The translations under genes were made by a program, and so were the position numbers. The notes under the pieces were generated by a model. That model did no database searches, was not told the origin of the DNA, and worked only from the letters and a program-made list of their open reading frames with translations. This document shows positions 1 to 13,926 of a DNA stretch of 64,000 nt, piece by piece. The first letter of the stretch is position 1. Each line of letters starts with the position of its first letter. The DNA comes from Eledone cirrhosa (lineage: Eukaryota), in the NCBI GenBank assembly GCA_964016885.1, contig OZ024740.1, positions 26,536,001-26,600,000 on the forward strand. Reading direction: 5' to 3'.

Positions 1-1019
1 ATCTCCTGCTCTAAAGTAAGTACATACTTTTCAAAAACAAGTGGCTCACCAGAATAGAGGTTGTCCCTTTAAACTACTAGAAGTACAAGGCACTTCCACT
101 GATAAGATGCCAATTCTTTGAAGTTTTATGCTCCCTTGATACATATTTATTTTATTGGTTGGTTGTATAAGGAGCAACGTATAAATAAATTAGTAAGTTG
201 AAAGACTCAATAAGTCACGCAGTCCTTGAAGCAGATGCACTGTTTTACGATCTTGAACCAAGAATTCTAACTACTAGTCAAACTATTTTCACTAGACCGG
301 TCAAGAAAAATTGCTGCAAGGGGCTACAAAATCCGCTGAGAAGACAATATTTTGTAAATTATTTTGCAAGTTTTGTGAATAAAGTGCTTAAATCAGACTG
401 TTTATATTTTATTGGTTCATAATTCATTTTAAGTTACAGACATAGTATATGGCCTTTGGCAGTCTGAAAAAGAAATAAGTTGTTTAAAAGTTCTGCGAGT
501 ATAGAAATATATGTTGATTTGTGTTTTAGATATTTTCGTTGGCCTGGAGGGAATGTAAAAAGAAAAATAAGTATTTTGTATGGAATTCCTATATACCAAT
601 CGACTTTTAAATTTATTATTGCTTGTGTTATTTAGCCCCTGGTCATTCCTAATCGAACATATGTATATTCAAAAGCATTCCAACTGTGACTACCTCTAAA
701 GGTAAATAAACTAAATGAAACTCCGTCAGTTTCGTCGATGACTCGTCGATCAGCCTAACACTGTACTCATGAAATTAACATTTAATTCGCTAAATATTCG
801 ACAGATATGCTTAATTCTCGAATAGATTATACATTATACATTATGTGGTAAAGTTGACCTTTTTACTTCTAGGTGCAGTACTTCTTGTATTGGTACAGAC
901 CTTCTTATATTGGGAAATGATATGATCTATTATAACATTTAAATACGATCCCTCAGCATAGCTATATACCCAAACCCATGACAATAAAAGGGAAATAATG
1001 TAAATGTAAGAATGTCTCC

Positions 1020-1245
1020 TACCTGTTGGTTTTACCCATAAAATATGTCCAGCAATTCTTTCCTGAGACATTCTAACCACATGCTCATAGTACAGGAGCT
1101 GTGATCTCTCAATTCGGAGAAGTAGCGGATCTACCGCAAGTGACTCTCTGATCTTCGAACTACGCACTCTATCGTGTAACGTTAGACCAAACACCATTCG
1201 GAGGAACCCCATTTCGGCCGCTAGTATTCGCGATTGTATTCTTTC
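1020..1245 (-). mobile_element. Decayed RTE-clade (Rex3/Expander-like) LINE fragment, post-RT region
   Basis: Minus-strand translation RILAAEMGFLRMVFGLTLHDRVRSSKIRESLAVDPLLLRIERSQLL..HVVRM matches the C-terminal motif typical of RTE-clade ORFs. The rest of ORF 841..1383 is not homologous. Confidence 0.75.
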
Positions 1246-2510
1246 GGTTATTACCCAAAGTATAAAATACAAAGTCGGATCTCGGTTGTATTTGAAAGCA
1301 GTGTGCAGAATGTTGGAATATATATGGTGACGTGAAATATCTGAAATTCTATCCACACTGCCATTCGTCGGCCTCGTGTTCAATTATAAGTAGCACACAA
1401 ACTATGTAATAGGGTAGAATATCTGGAGATAACAGTAATTAGTAATGGATCGGTGTTAGGTGAAAACCTCTGAATATCTCAACGTATTAACGACGTCATG
1501 CCACTAATGAAACGAACGTGAAATAAAAGATAAAAATATTAAAACAATGTAAATGAAAGAAACTATAAATGATATTAGAGTGTAATTTCTGCTTAGCAAA
1601 ATTATTATAAGTTGAATAAATTATCAAATGAATTGCGCATTTTTAATTTCTTTTATTTTTTTACGTGTTTAAAATAAACCGTCAAAGAATGTGTTTTAAT
1701 TTGGTGATAAGAATAATTTGAAGCAGCGAGCATTAAGAAATTATCTCATTGAGCAAGAAATGAAATATGAATTATATTCAATATTAATGTAAATACATTT
1801 ATTTCTTTGATGCATTCAATGTTTTTCAAGTAAAGAAATTCTTTACATTTAATTAAAAATTATTTTCGACAAGAGATCTTTAAAAGATACATTCGAAATG
1901 TAATTTTTGGATTTGAACATACTTGTCGTTGAATAATTAGTTAATAATGTAACATTCCACATTGAATAGCGTAGCAACCGGAAGTTGCACCATTTTTAAT
2001 ATGAACATTTGCAGATAATTCTATTTGATCACAAATTATTAGGTATGCGATTATTCATAAGAAATGTTAAAAAGACGTTTCTCATTTAAAATTTAAACAA
2101 AAATGTATTTCACATTATATAGTAAATTAGTGGGGCAGAATGGGGCTGATTAAGCTCTAAAACTCTTGCAATATATATATATATATATTATACACATTCA
2201 TATATCTGTGGTTTGAGTTCAAATCTTGCTCTTCCATTCAGTACGATACACTGAGCAGATTTGGTCAAATCTACTGTTTTTGTATAGGTATATGTCTGAT
2301 TTAAAAATAGTTAAGACCAAAGAAATCAAACTATAAGATCTATGGACCAGTTTTATGTCACTAAACCCGTCTCGAAATAATCACTTCGAAGCCGTGAACA
2401 TTTTAACGTATATGTTCACTTTAAATATATATCATTTATCTCGTATGTTCATAACTGAATTATATTCAAGCTGCACGTGTACATACGTAAAATTAACCAT
2501 TCAATATATA

Positions 2511-2544
2511 TTCTGATGAAGGATTAGCGTCCGAAACGTTAAGA
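2511..2544 (+). ncRNA. Minimal hammerhead-like motif (PLE pLTR remnant)
   Basis: CTGATGA-A-GGA(ttagcg)TCC-GAAA-CGTT. Same layout as the motif at 9033, but stem I is only about 2 bp. Confidence 0.5.
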
Positions 2545-2651
2545 CCCTCTTCCTGCTATATGAAGCGTTAACCTAATATATCCCTTCCATATACTGTACC
2601 GATTGTGTTGTTATTTCTGTTTACCTTTTACACACACACATACACACACAC

Positions 2652-2720
<69 letters not shown>

Positions 2721-3080
2721 AAGTCCATAGAATCATTAGATAAAATGTATACAGCACTTCTTCTCCCAATCAGCATAAATTAACCACACAAAAAATCATT
2801 TAAACGAGGCTATAGGTTTAAAATATACCTATGAAGAAATAATACATAAATGATACAGCTCTTTATCCGCGATTTAGAGCTATATAAAATGTACCCATTA
2901 TTTCTGATAGCCTGTAGAAATTGACTAGATATATAGTTAACCATACATAATTAGTTGCAAAATTAAAGTTAGAAGAAAAAAATGCACATAAACATACCAA
3001 ACTCATCGAAACATCTCTACTACCGGCAGTTTCATTCCGTTTTTGGATATATCCGATCTTGGATGAATCAACGAGGTTGG

Positions 3081-3146
<66 letters not shown>

Positions 3147-3679
3147 GAAAATATAGAAATTATTGTGAGCAAGAAGCCAAGAGTATTTCATAATATATAA
3201 GTGACTATAACGTCAACATGGAGAATAATTAACGTAAGATATGGGAAAATAATTCAAACTCAATTAAAAAAAAAAAAATCAAGACATAGATTTTATCCTC
3301 AGATTTTGTGAAATCCAGGGAAAAACCAATTGAGTCTTAACTCAGAATCAAATAAAGCTTAAATACTCACCCTTCAATTTGGAAAAACTACAAATGCTCT
3401 ATATAGTCTTAAAAAGAGTATTTCACGAAACTTTTCAGTGGGGATGGTCACGGTTGGAGTCGTTCATCAGTAGAGCTTCAACAGGATAACCATAAACCAC
3501 TGCCAGAATATGCCAAAAAGGGAATTTAAAAGCAGGCTAGTTCACCTCGTGCGGAATTATAAAAATAAACACACATGGAGAGACATTGCTTGTGACGTCA
3601 GAATGAGACGAATGTCTATTTACAGGAAACAGCAGTCAAAAATATTCCGAAAAAACTCTACAAAATGTAAGGTGTTCAG

Positions 3680-3733
<54 letters not shown>

Positions 3734-3872
3734 ATACATATATATATTTGTGTGTTTATGTGGGTCTGTGTGTGTGTGCGTGTGTGTGTACGTGTGCGTG
3801 TTTCTATATGCTTGAGTGTGTTCGTGGGTGTCTGATAAACATACACACACACATACACACATATATATATGT

Positions 3873-3904
<32 letters not shown>

Positions 3905-4341
3905 ACATGTATGTATGTGTGTCTATGTGTCCGTCTGCGTGTTTATAAGTGGAAACATTGTCAAATATCAAATCAAACGACACCTCCACAGAAGACACAT
4001 ACAAACACTATACAATTAACACTAATATATTGATCTCTAAGTTTAGCACATTGTCAGGAAATTTTAGAGAAATGAAATCGATAATATCGACCCCAGTATT
4101 TGACTGATAGTTTATTGTATTGGCGATATTAGTGCAATGGATTTTACTCGACCCTCTACAAATAGTATTAACCTTCTGCCCCCATTAGCAACTAATGAAA
4201 TAAAATAACATAAACGGAAACAATTTACAAACGATAACACAATAAAACTCAAGCTAAACTCCGCTGTGGGACAACTTTCTCAAATATAGAAAAAAGCGGA
4301 AGAGAAAATGATGCAAAAGATCCGTTATTGTAATCAGACCT

Positions 4342-4449
4342 AGAAGAAGAAGAAGAAGAAGAAGAAGAAGAAGAAGAAGAAGAAGAAGAAGAAGAAGAAG
4401 AAGAAGAAGAAGAAGAAGAAGAAGAAGAAGAAGAAGAAGAAGAAGAAGA
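4342..4449. repeat. (GAA)n microsatellite
   Basis: Pure AGA/GAA run; explains the poly-S and poly-L ORFs. Confidence 0.98.
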
Positions 4450-4540
4450 CAAAAGGAAGAAAGAAAGAATGAAAAAATAATTATCAATGATAATATTTCT
4501 TTATCTTTATTTATTACATTAATAATGATTTCTAGTATAG

Positions 4541-4720
4541 GCACAAGGCCAGCAATTTTGGGGAAGGGAAAGGCGATTAAATCGACCCCAGTACGTCACT
4601 GGTAGTTTATTCTATCGATCACGCAAGGATGAAAGGCAAAGTTGACCTGGGTGGGATTTGAACTCAGATCATAAACGGCCGTAACTCTATGCTGCAAAGG
4701 ATGGCGTCCGACTCTCTACA
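4541..4720 (-). mobile_element. tRNA-derived SINE (family 1)
   Basis: Reverse complement contains the B-box-like GAGTTCAAATCCC, then AACTTTGCCTTTCATCCTT and CTGGGGTCGATTTAATCG, shared with many copies in the window. Confidence 0.8.
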
Positions 4721-5430
4721 ATAATAATAATAGCAATGATATTTGTTACTATTTTGTATCTTACAGTTTGGTCCACAGACAAATATATAACATACATTCC
4801 AGACTAAAAAAATGGCTGCTTTTTCGTTGAAAGTAAACTAGACTATCGGAGGAGACATTAAATCATAACTAGGTTTGAATCTTTCCAAATAGTTTCATTT
4901 ATATTATATGTTTAGAGATAGTTTACAGAATTTGTTGATATTTATACTTTCATGCATTTGTTTGTCTCGTTGATTCAATTTGGGTATGAATCATTCTGTG
5001 TTTGTGTATTAGTGTTAGATTTGCTATAACGATGGAGTGCCAAACATACACACACTAACACACACGCACACATACACACACATACCCAAACACACACACA
5101 CATAAACACACACACGCACACTCATACACAGATATATATATATATATCTTCACATTTTCATACACAGATATATATATGGAAAAAATGAAATTTCATTTCT
5201 CACTCTTAGTACGGCTGATACTTAAATATAAGTATGTATACGTACATACATTTATGTATACAGACGTACGCTAGTATGTATATACATACATGCATATTTA
5301 TATATATGTACGTATGGGTTTACCGAACATTTATTTAATGTTCGTTTTGTTTTTAAACAAACAGCCCGAGTTAAGCCGTACAGTGTTCGGCAACCATCGT
5401 TGCCCTTTTGTTCAATACTGACAAAGAAAC

Positions 5431-5469
5431 AATGAACTAGTTTCTAGCTTATTAGCTGTCATCAGCACC
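5431..5469 (-). ncRNA. Type I hammerhead ribozyme in the 418-bp unit
   Basis: Minus strand reads GGTG-CTGATGA-C-AGCT(aata)AGCT-A-GAAA-CTAG-TT-CATT. Stem III is the palindrome ACTAGT, the site is GUU, and stem I extends via CTGACAGG/TTTGTCAG. Confidence 0.75.
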
Positions 5470-5887
5470 GTATACTTTCCTGTCAGTCGATTGAACGTTT
5501 GAAAGCATATACTTTCCTTATGCATATTAACGGCTGAGCACCCTACTTTGCATATCGAGTGAGTTAGTCGGCCGGACGTACCGAAAACGATAAATGGAAA
5601 ATATGAAATTTCATTTCCCACTCTTGGTACGGCTGATACTTAAATATAAGTATGTATACGTACATACATATATGTATAAAGACGTGCAGTAGTATGTATA
5701 TACATACATACATACTTATATTTAAGTATCAGCCGTACTAAGAGTGGGAAATGAAATTTCAGTTTTTCCATTTATCGTTTTCGGTACGCCCGGCCGACTA
5801 ACTCACTCGATATGCCAATTAGGCTGCTTAGCCGTTAATATGCATAAGGAAAGTATATACTTTCAAACGTTCAATCGACTGATATAT

Positions 5888-5926
5888 GGTGTTGATGACA
5901 GCTAATAAGGTAGAAACTAGTTCATC
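5888..5926 (+). ncRNA. Degenerate HHR copy in the inverted arm of the 418-bp repeat
   Basis: GGTG-TTGATGA-C-AGCT(aata)AGGT-A-GAAA-CTAGTT-CATC. It carries a core C3U change without compensation and a stem II mismatch. Confidence 0.6.
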
Positions 5927-6157
5927 ATTCCTTTGTCAGTGTTGAACAAAAATGCAACGATGGTTGCCGAACACTGTACGGCTTAACTCGGGCTGTTTGT
6001 TTACAAACAAACCGAACATTATAATAAATGTTCGGTAAACCCATACGTACATATATATATGTATATACATACTACTGTACGTCTGTATACATATATGTAT
6101 GTACGTATACATACTTATATTTATATATATATGTATTGTATACATATATATATATAT

Positions 6158-6189
<32 letters not shown>

Positions 6190-7691
6190 ACTCATCTCCG
6201 CCTTTCTCGACTCCCTCCTCGCCCCCCTTGTCACCACCCTCCCCTCCCACATCTCCGACACCAACCACGCCCTGCGCCTTTTCGATTCCTTCACCTACCT
6301 ACCCAGCCCTCAGCCATTCCTCTTCACCCTAGACATCAAGTCCCTCTATACCGTCATCCCCCACGCCGACGGCCTTCGCGCCCTCAAACACTACCTCGAC
6401 CTTCGCCCCTCCCCCATTCCCTCCACCCCACCCTCCTTCGCCTCGCCGAGCTGGTCCTCACCCTCAATTGTTTCTCCTTCTCGGGTGAGTTTTACCAACA
6501 GGTCACGGGGGTAGCCATGGGCACAAGAATGGGCCCGAACTATGCCAACCTTTTTGTTGGCCATGTTGAGGCCCAAATCTTTGCCCAGTACACCGGCCCC
6601 ACGCCCGAACTGTACGGTCGTTACATTGACGACTGTATCGGAGCCACGACCCTCACCCGAGTACAGCTCGACTCCTTTCTCTCCTTCTTCTGCTCCTTCC
6701 ACCCCTCCCTCCACTTCACCACCTCTATCTCCACCACCCACGTCCACTTCTTAGACATCTCCGTCGCCTTCGACCCCTCCCACCACTCCCTTGACACCTC
6801 CGCCTTCTTCAAACCCATCGACTCCCACGCTTACCTCGACTTCACCTCTTCCCACCCGACCCACACTAAACTCTCCATTCCCTACTCCCAACTTCTCAGG
6901 ATCCGCCGCCTCTGTAGCCGTGATGCTGACTTCGAGTCCCAGGCCCTTTCCCTAGTCAGCCATTTCATCCGCAGAGGTTACCCCCCTCTCTCGTCTACAC
7001 CGCTCTCACCCGCGCCCGTGCTATCCCCCGCTCCACCACCCTCACCCCACGCCACCGCACACCCACCCACCGTCTACCCTTCCCCATCACCTACCACCCC
7101 TCCACCTTACCCCTCCACCGCACCATCCGCCGCCTCTTCCGACGCCTCCAGTCCGACCCCTCCACCTCCCACATCTTCCCAACCCCACCACTCCCCTCCT
7201 TCAAACGCGCACGCAATCTCCGCACCCTCCTCGTCCACAGCTCCCTACCCCCAACCCACGCTCCGGTCCCCCCCGGTTCTTTCCCCTGTTCTAGGCCCCG
7301 CTGCAACACCTGTCCCCACATCACCAACACCACCACCTTCCAGGGTCCCAACGGCCACTCTCTCTCGGTCCGGCATGCCTTCCGCTGCACCTCCTCCAAC
7401 CTAGTCTACGGACTTCGTTGCACGGAGTGCAGCGCGACTTATGTCGGACAGACGGGACGTCGCCTGGCGGACCGAGTCACGGAGCACCTCCGGGATATTC
7501 GTCTCGGAGGCAGTTCCCCCATCGCCCGCCACTTTGGTGGCCCTGGACACTCCGCACGCCATCTCACAGTCTGTGGCCTACTCCAGTGCCACGGAACACC
7601 CGCCCATCGCCTTACGGTCGAACAACGCACTATCTTCATCTTACAGACCCACACTCCCCCCGGCCTGAACTCCCCACCCTTATTCCTTTAG
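6190..7691 (+). pseudogene. Frameshifted PLE reverse transcriptase / GIY-YIG endonuclease
   Basis: RT motifs LFTLDIKSLYT, QQVTGVAMGTRMGPNYANLF, YGRYIDD and FLDI. A shifted frame gives the Cys linker CSRPRCNTC and NLVYGLRCTECSATYVGQTGRRLADRVTEH (GIY-YIG). The N-terminus of ORF 6028..7404 is (TA)n artefact. Confidence 0.9.
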
Positions 7692-9030
7692 CGTTCAACC
7701 GCCCCCCTCCCCCCACTTATCCCCCACTAACACCACTAACACACCCCTCCTTTTCACCGCCCACCCCACACTAACAATACTAACACCTCCACTCCACCCC
7801 TCATCTGACCACCCTTCCCCAACTAACATACTAACATCCCTTCCCTCCCCTCTTCTTCTCCTCCCCCTCCTTATCACACGCACACACGCACCCACTTACA
7901 CCACCCACCCCACACGCAACTAACATCACTAACACCCCCAACCCCACGCACACGTACCCACACACCCTCGTACACCACCAACTCTACACACCCTACCACC
8001 ACTAACCCCCACTCACACCTGCATTCCACCCCTCCCCACCTCCCGTATACTAACACCCACTAACACCTCTTCACCAAACTACACACACACCAGTACACCA
8101 CACTCCCTCCATAGAACCACACACACCCTTCTCTCCCCGCTCCACACTCACTCATCCCACTAACACCCCTACTAATACACACACACACACACACCCTCCT
8201 CACTCCAACTCGCACACCTACCCATCCTCGCCTCCCAACGATTCCGCCGACTGCTGCTATGCCCTTCCGACCACTTCTCAACACCAACTGACCACAGCAC
8301 TCCCACTGCTGACCACTTCCTGTTGCGCGCGCACCCCACATCTGTCCTCTTCCGACCACCGCTTCTTGGATTACCCACACGCGAAATTGACTTCTAACCA
8401 AATCTCCAAACATCCGTTGAACTTACCAACTTTTCAACCATCCTCTTACACCATCACCTATATAACTCCCCCCCCCCCAACATGTTTTTATCCACACGCC
8501 ACCCACACCCACAACACGCTTAACCCACACACACGTGCTTCCCACCACATATTTACACCCTCAGCCTCCTGATTCCTCTCCCCCCACCCCCTATCCACAC
8601 ACGCACAGACACTCCGACCCACAAACCCGCCCCCCCACACACACCTTCCTGAACATGCAACCCCGTTCTTCCCCCAACCCTCACTTTCACATACACACAC
8701 ACACACACACACGCACACCTAACCACACACACCACCTTCAGCCCTCCCCGCTCGGACACCCCGTCTCCCTCTCCCCACTCCACCCGCCACCACCCCTACT
8801 CACCCCACACCCTTCCACCACCTGTTTACCCCCCTTTTAATTTCAGTTTATTTTGATCATGCCTTTATTTTTAAATTTTCTCATTCCTTGTATTTTGATC
8901 ATGCTTTATTTTTATTTATTATATTTTTTGTCTTTATTTGTTAATTTTTCATTCGCACCGTTTCCTTTCGCTATATGTCTCTCCACCACTCCCCTACACT
9001 TCTTTTGAACTCTGTTCCCACACACTTCTC

Positions 9031-9062
9031 ACCTGAAGAAGGGCTTATGCCCGAAACGTCGT
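9031..9062 (+). ncRNA. Minimal type I hammerhead of the PLE pLTR
   Basis: AC-CTGAAGA-A-GGGC(ttat)GCCC-GAAA-CG-TC-GT, the characteristic minimal HHR of Penelope-like elements. Confidence 0.8.
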
Positions 9063-9152
9063 CCCCCACCTACCCCCCACTCTCCTGAGCGTGAATTTAA
9101 TAAACATTTATTGTACTGCCTCTCTGTTCTGTCCCTGTTCAATTTTTCATTA

Positions 9153-9233
<81 letters not shown>

Positions 9234-9700
9234 ATATATATATGAACATGTTTAAGACAACTCAGATCAAAATATATACAACATGGCATATAAAGCAAAA
9301 TGTACAATAATAATGGTTTCACAAGGCCAGCAATTTTGAGGGAGGGGAAGTCGATTAAATCGAGCCCTGTACGTTACTGTTGCTTTATTTTATCGACCCC
9401 GTAAGGATGAAACGTAGATATAACACATTGTCAGACTCGTGTAATGTTGTCAGTGCAATATATTGTATTATGTGTTCTATTTAATTATACATGCTTGTTT
9501 TGTACTGGATTAGATAACATGTCCTTAGCGTAGGATTAAAGAAACGTTTATTTTATCATGTCCACGATATTACGGTTAATACAGAATTAATCCATGAACT
9601 TTTGTCATCATTAGACTTATTTACACCCAACAATACTGAGTTTCTCTCTCTCCCACTTTCTCTTTCTCTCTCCCTCTCTCTGTATATATATATATATATA

Positions 9701-9866
9701 TAGGAACGAGTAGGACCCCGACGGCTAAGCTAAAGAATTAGCCGTCGAAACAGCTTGAGCTCAGCCGTCGGGGTCCTACTCGTTCCTATTACCCACTCTA
9801 CTACCCTAAGTATTGAGTACTTTGGTGCGTTATGGTCCACCTGGTTTCTTACCACATTTCCTTCGT

Positions 9867-9867
<1 letters not shown>
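9701..9867 (+). repeat. Short dispersed repeat family A with an inverted 5' arm (further copies ~13232-13310, 15262-15475, 26739-26811, 28329-28462)
   Basis: Shared body TACCCACTCTACTACC..GAGTACTTTGGTGCGTTATGGTCCACCTGGTT..CCACATTTCCTTCGTT, always ending in (TA)n. Here TAGGAACGAGTAGGACCCCGACGGCT is inverted at ~9763-9788. Confidence 0.8.
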
Positions 9868-9897
<30 letters not shown>

Positions 9898-10469
9898 AAA
9901 ATTAAGATAATAAAAATTATGGGCGTCATGCCAGAAAGACATATCACCCGCAAAATATCTCCTGTGATTATTCATGTTTATTTATATGTTAATCAATTTC
10001 TAGTTATTATATATATATATATATATATCTTCAGCGCCAGATTTAAGTATAAATAAATAATTTTTGTTGATGTTTTGTTGCACTCCGAACTTTATGTTAA
10101 TACTTCTCTATTATTGTGTTTATAAAATGTTGTTTTGATGAGAGACACTCATTTCTCAGTACATAACTTTCAACTAAGAAAATATTGAATGTAGATGTGT
10201 TTATATTTCAAGTTTATTAAGAATATCTAAAAGTTTCTTTGTATTCCTTGGCACTCCTTTCTTAATACCATTTTCCCGCTACATACTACTTATCTAGTTC
10301 ATCTCCAAATCAATTGTTCTGATTTCGATTACTCAGTTTCGACCGGGCAAAATTTTTTTATAAAACAATGTAGCATACCTTTTTCCTGTGTAAGACTTAA
10401 TATGTATCTCTTTTCTTCTGCTCTATCAATCTCTTTCTCAATCTCTCTCTTTCTATATTTATCTCTCTC

Positions 10470-10595
<126 letters not shown>

Positions 10596-10679
10596 CCGCG
10601 TGAAATTGATGGACACACAAATGAGATTTTATAAGTGCATGCTTAGACTCCATTCATTGAAAACGGCGTTGAGGGTTTG

Positions 10680-11330
10680 GCCCAAGAGGAATGTGTTTGT
10701 CATCAATTCCTTCAATCACGTTCACCACACATCTTTCTCCATAGCCATCACACAGAAGAAATGAGCCTGCCTTTCTTGACCAAACGTTGGTGAGAAGTAG
10801 GAGGGCGACGGTTATAATTGAGTCAACCAATTGCCGGATCCCTCCTACACGAGTCAATCACTGTTTCATAAAACTCTACAAGTCAGGAATGGTCGGACAC
10901 TGGATGAGTGCGTGCAGAACAGTTTCATCGCTCTGTGGCCATCTCGGAGAACTACATTTGATAGTTATTCCGTGCTTGTAGGATTTGTTTCGAACCGGTA
11001 GTGCCTCTCGGTAGTGCCAGGTCAGGGATTTCTGGAAATTGGCCATATTTCCTGAGTTGAGCGTTTTGGGGAACAGACTGGTTTGTTCATTCTGGTCGCG
11101 GCTTAGATATTCTCCGGGATCCTCATTGTACTTGCTAACCACTAACCCCCTATAGAACAATGTCCTCATTGCCCATCATTCTCGTTGCCAAATGGCTAAT
11201 CCTTTTCTTCCCTCGATTCAAGATAGCACCTTAGTCAAAGAGACGCGCTGCAGAAAGACGCACTTGACAAAAAGCTACCGTTTAAGAATGTTTGCAAATG
11301 TCGTAGCCTCAGTGCGTGTTTGTGTATAAT
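10680..11330 (-). mobile_element. Decayed Tx1-like ORF2 3' fragment
   Basis: FYRGLV..MANFQKSLTWHYREALPVR..DETVLHALIQCP is homologous to the ORF2 C-termini in the 35-61 kb array. Confidence 0.85.
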
Positions 11331-12086
11331 CAGTATAAAATATTTAACAGAAAAATATTTTAGAACAACATGAATGAAAAACAAATATATTGAGAGATCT
11401 GCACTACGTTGTCCTTGGTAAAGATATTAATGCTCACTGAAAATACATAAACATCGTAGTAACTTTAAAAATATACTTATACTCAGAATACTTCACACAC
11501 CGGAGAAATATTCTGGTGTATCTCAATAAATTGTCAGATCAGAGACATTAAACTTGTGCTATTTATCATTGGCTTCAAAATATTGATGATGTCAGTTACA
11601 TGGATTAGCTGATATAGCTAATCGAAACTGGACCTTGTTTTCCGTTTCCTATGCGTTTACTTCTTCTATTGTACTTAGCAGTCATGACCCAATACTGCTT
11701 TTATTCACACCTCCAAGGTACAATAAAAAGATTTGACTGCATAAAAATCAACAAAGCATTATTTTACACAATTCTAAGAATTTGGCAATTTTCTACTACT
11801 TCTCTCTCTGTCTCCTTTGCTATTGATAACTCTTTCTCTCTTCCCTTCTCTCTCACATTTTGCTTGTCTTCCATGTTTTCTTTTATATTCTATTATCTTT
11901 CAAATAATTTTCAGTTTTCTTTTTCGATTCTATTCTGTTCTGTTCTATTCCATGCCATGTTGCAATATAGAACATTCGAAGTTGTGAATAAGAGTTCACG
12001 AAATGATAAAGAACAGAAAACAAATATAAAACAAATAGCAACAACAACAAAAAATAATAACAACAGCAACAATCATAATAATAGTA

Positions 12087-12150
<64 letters not shown>

Positions 12151-12248
12151 AGATGATGATGATGATGGTGATGATGAAATGAAAAAGAAATAAAGAGAAA
12201 ATTTACAACCCGCTGGTGAATCTGAAAATCACATTGAGGGAATGAATT

Positions 12249-12280
<32 letters not shown>

Positions 12281-12286
12281 AAGAAG

Positions 12287-12321
<35 letters not shown>

Positions 12322-13168
12322 ATAAAAAGGTGAATAATAAATGACGTCAAGAATCTGACCTCGAAGATTTTGTTGAAGAAATAAAAACAATATATTATGC
12401 AAAAATAAACAACAAAGAAAAATAGAGGCAGTGGAACAAAATGAAGCATATTATTGTGTTTCAAGATGGCGTACAATACTCAGCTCTCAGTACTCAGTTC
12501 TAAGCAGCCACAGGCTACAATGATGGTTGCTGTAAGTTTTCAAGTTTAATGAAGGGGAAGCTACTGAAAAGTTCTTTAAAAGACTTACGAACTTTTGAAT
12601 AAAGACACCCTCTGGCACATTATATTATATCGAAGGTCAAACTGTTGTTGTTTAAGGCGATTGCTTTGCTTAGCTTGTGGGCCTCTAACTGTATAACAAT
12701 GGCCGCCTTTTATAAAATGACCGCGTTATCAAACAGAATATCTCGTGAATAGCTGCGAAATTTTCTATTGAAGATTCTACTCGTTGTTATTTGATGATAT
12801 TTACATTGAAGAACAAAGTTAGGTGGCCATTACAAGATTTATTGATCCCTTTTGTTTGATCCTTCTTTATTTCTTTTATATTATTTTTTGATGTCAGCTC
12901 GCTTGATTCTATATTTTCGGGAAATTTTTCATTTATTTCATTCTTTTTTCTCTTTTGTATTGTTTCCTTATATATATTTTATTTTATGACATGTTTTGTT
13001 ATTGATTTTTATTCATTTTACATTTTGTTATTAGATAGTTGTTGTTTGTTTTCTCTGTGAGTGTAAATTGTCAATTCTAATGTCATATCTCGCCATTGTT
13101 ATTTCCAATGAGAATTTATATGCCACACAGGCATTTCTTTGTATCACTTGTCACGTCGACAGACTCCA

Positions 13169-13233
<65 letters not shown>

Positions 13234-13307
13234 CGAAGGAAATGTGGTAAGGGACCAGGTGGACCATAACGCACCAAAGTACTCAATACTTGGGGTAGTA
13301 GAGTGGG

Positions 13308-13368
<61 letters not shown>

Positions 13369-13704
13369 CATATATATATACATATAAATAAATATATATG
13401 TGTCTGTGTGTGTGTATTTATATATATACAAAGTCTGTCCCCAAAGTAAGGATGATGTTTCTCCTATGTACGACATGTTAATACAGCTCCTCGTTGATCT
13501 ATATTGGTTATGACATTAGCTGCACATACATACCTTTGTCAATATGATAGCTTTAGTCTGTCGTAAGATATTGCTTTTTATGTACAGACATCTTTATCAC
13601 CTCTGATACGTTTGCAAGACAGGAAAATATCAAACAAATCAATGCTATCAATTTCTGTGTAAAACTCAACACAACTGACACCGAAATATTTCATTATTTA
13701 ACAC

Positions 13705-13926
13705 GAGTTAATAACGGTGGATTGGTAGTATCGGTAGAGGGTCGGACACAATCTTTGCAGCTTAGAGTTGCGGCCCTTTATATTATGATTTCAAATCCCG
13801 CCGAGGTTAACTTGTGCCTTTCATCCTTAAGGGGTCTATAAAATAAAGTACCAGTTACGCACTGGGGTCGATTTAATCGACATTCTCCTTCCTCAAAATT
13901 GATGGCATTATGCCTATATAAGAAAC
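13705..13926 (+). mobile_element. tRNA-derived SINE (family 1) with 13-bp TSD
   Basis: SINE body flanked by CATTATTTAACAC at 13692-13704 and 13927-13939. Confidence 0.85.

Larger units (their letters stand above)
5176..6123. repeat. 418-bp HHR-containing tandem repeat (retrozyme-like), ~1.3 units followed by an inverted ~1 unit
   Basis: ATGGAAAA..TGAAATTTCATTT recurs at 5176 and 5594 (period 418). From ~5708 to ~6123 the sequence is the reverse complement of the unit. (TA)n lies on both sides. Confidence 0.85.
6190..9150 (+). mobile_element. 5'-truncated Penelope-like element (Neptune-type) with long C/A-rich 3' region and terminal HHR
   Basis: RT plus GIY-YIG coding region, HHR at 9033, AATAAA at ~9099, and (TA)n on both flanks. 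Confidence 0.85.

Noticed and set aside
3010-3082. HHR on the minus strand (GAAA-CTGCCGGTAG-TA)
   Set aside because: There is no recognisable CUGANGA core, so it is too decayed to call.
2982-4544. Many ORFs with [12 protein letters not shown], poly-S/L/R/K/F runs (here and throughout the window)
   Set aside because: These are translations of microsatellites lacking stop codons, with no coding signal.
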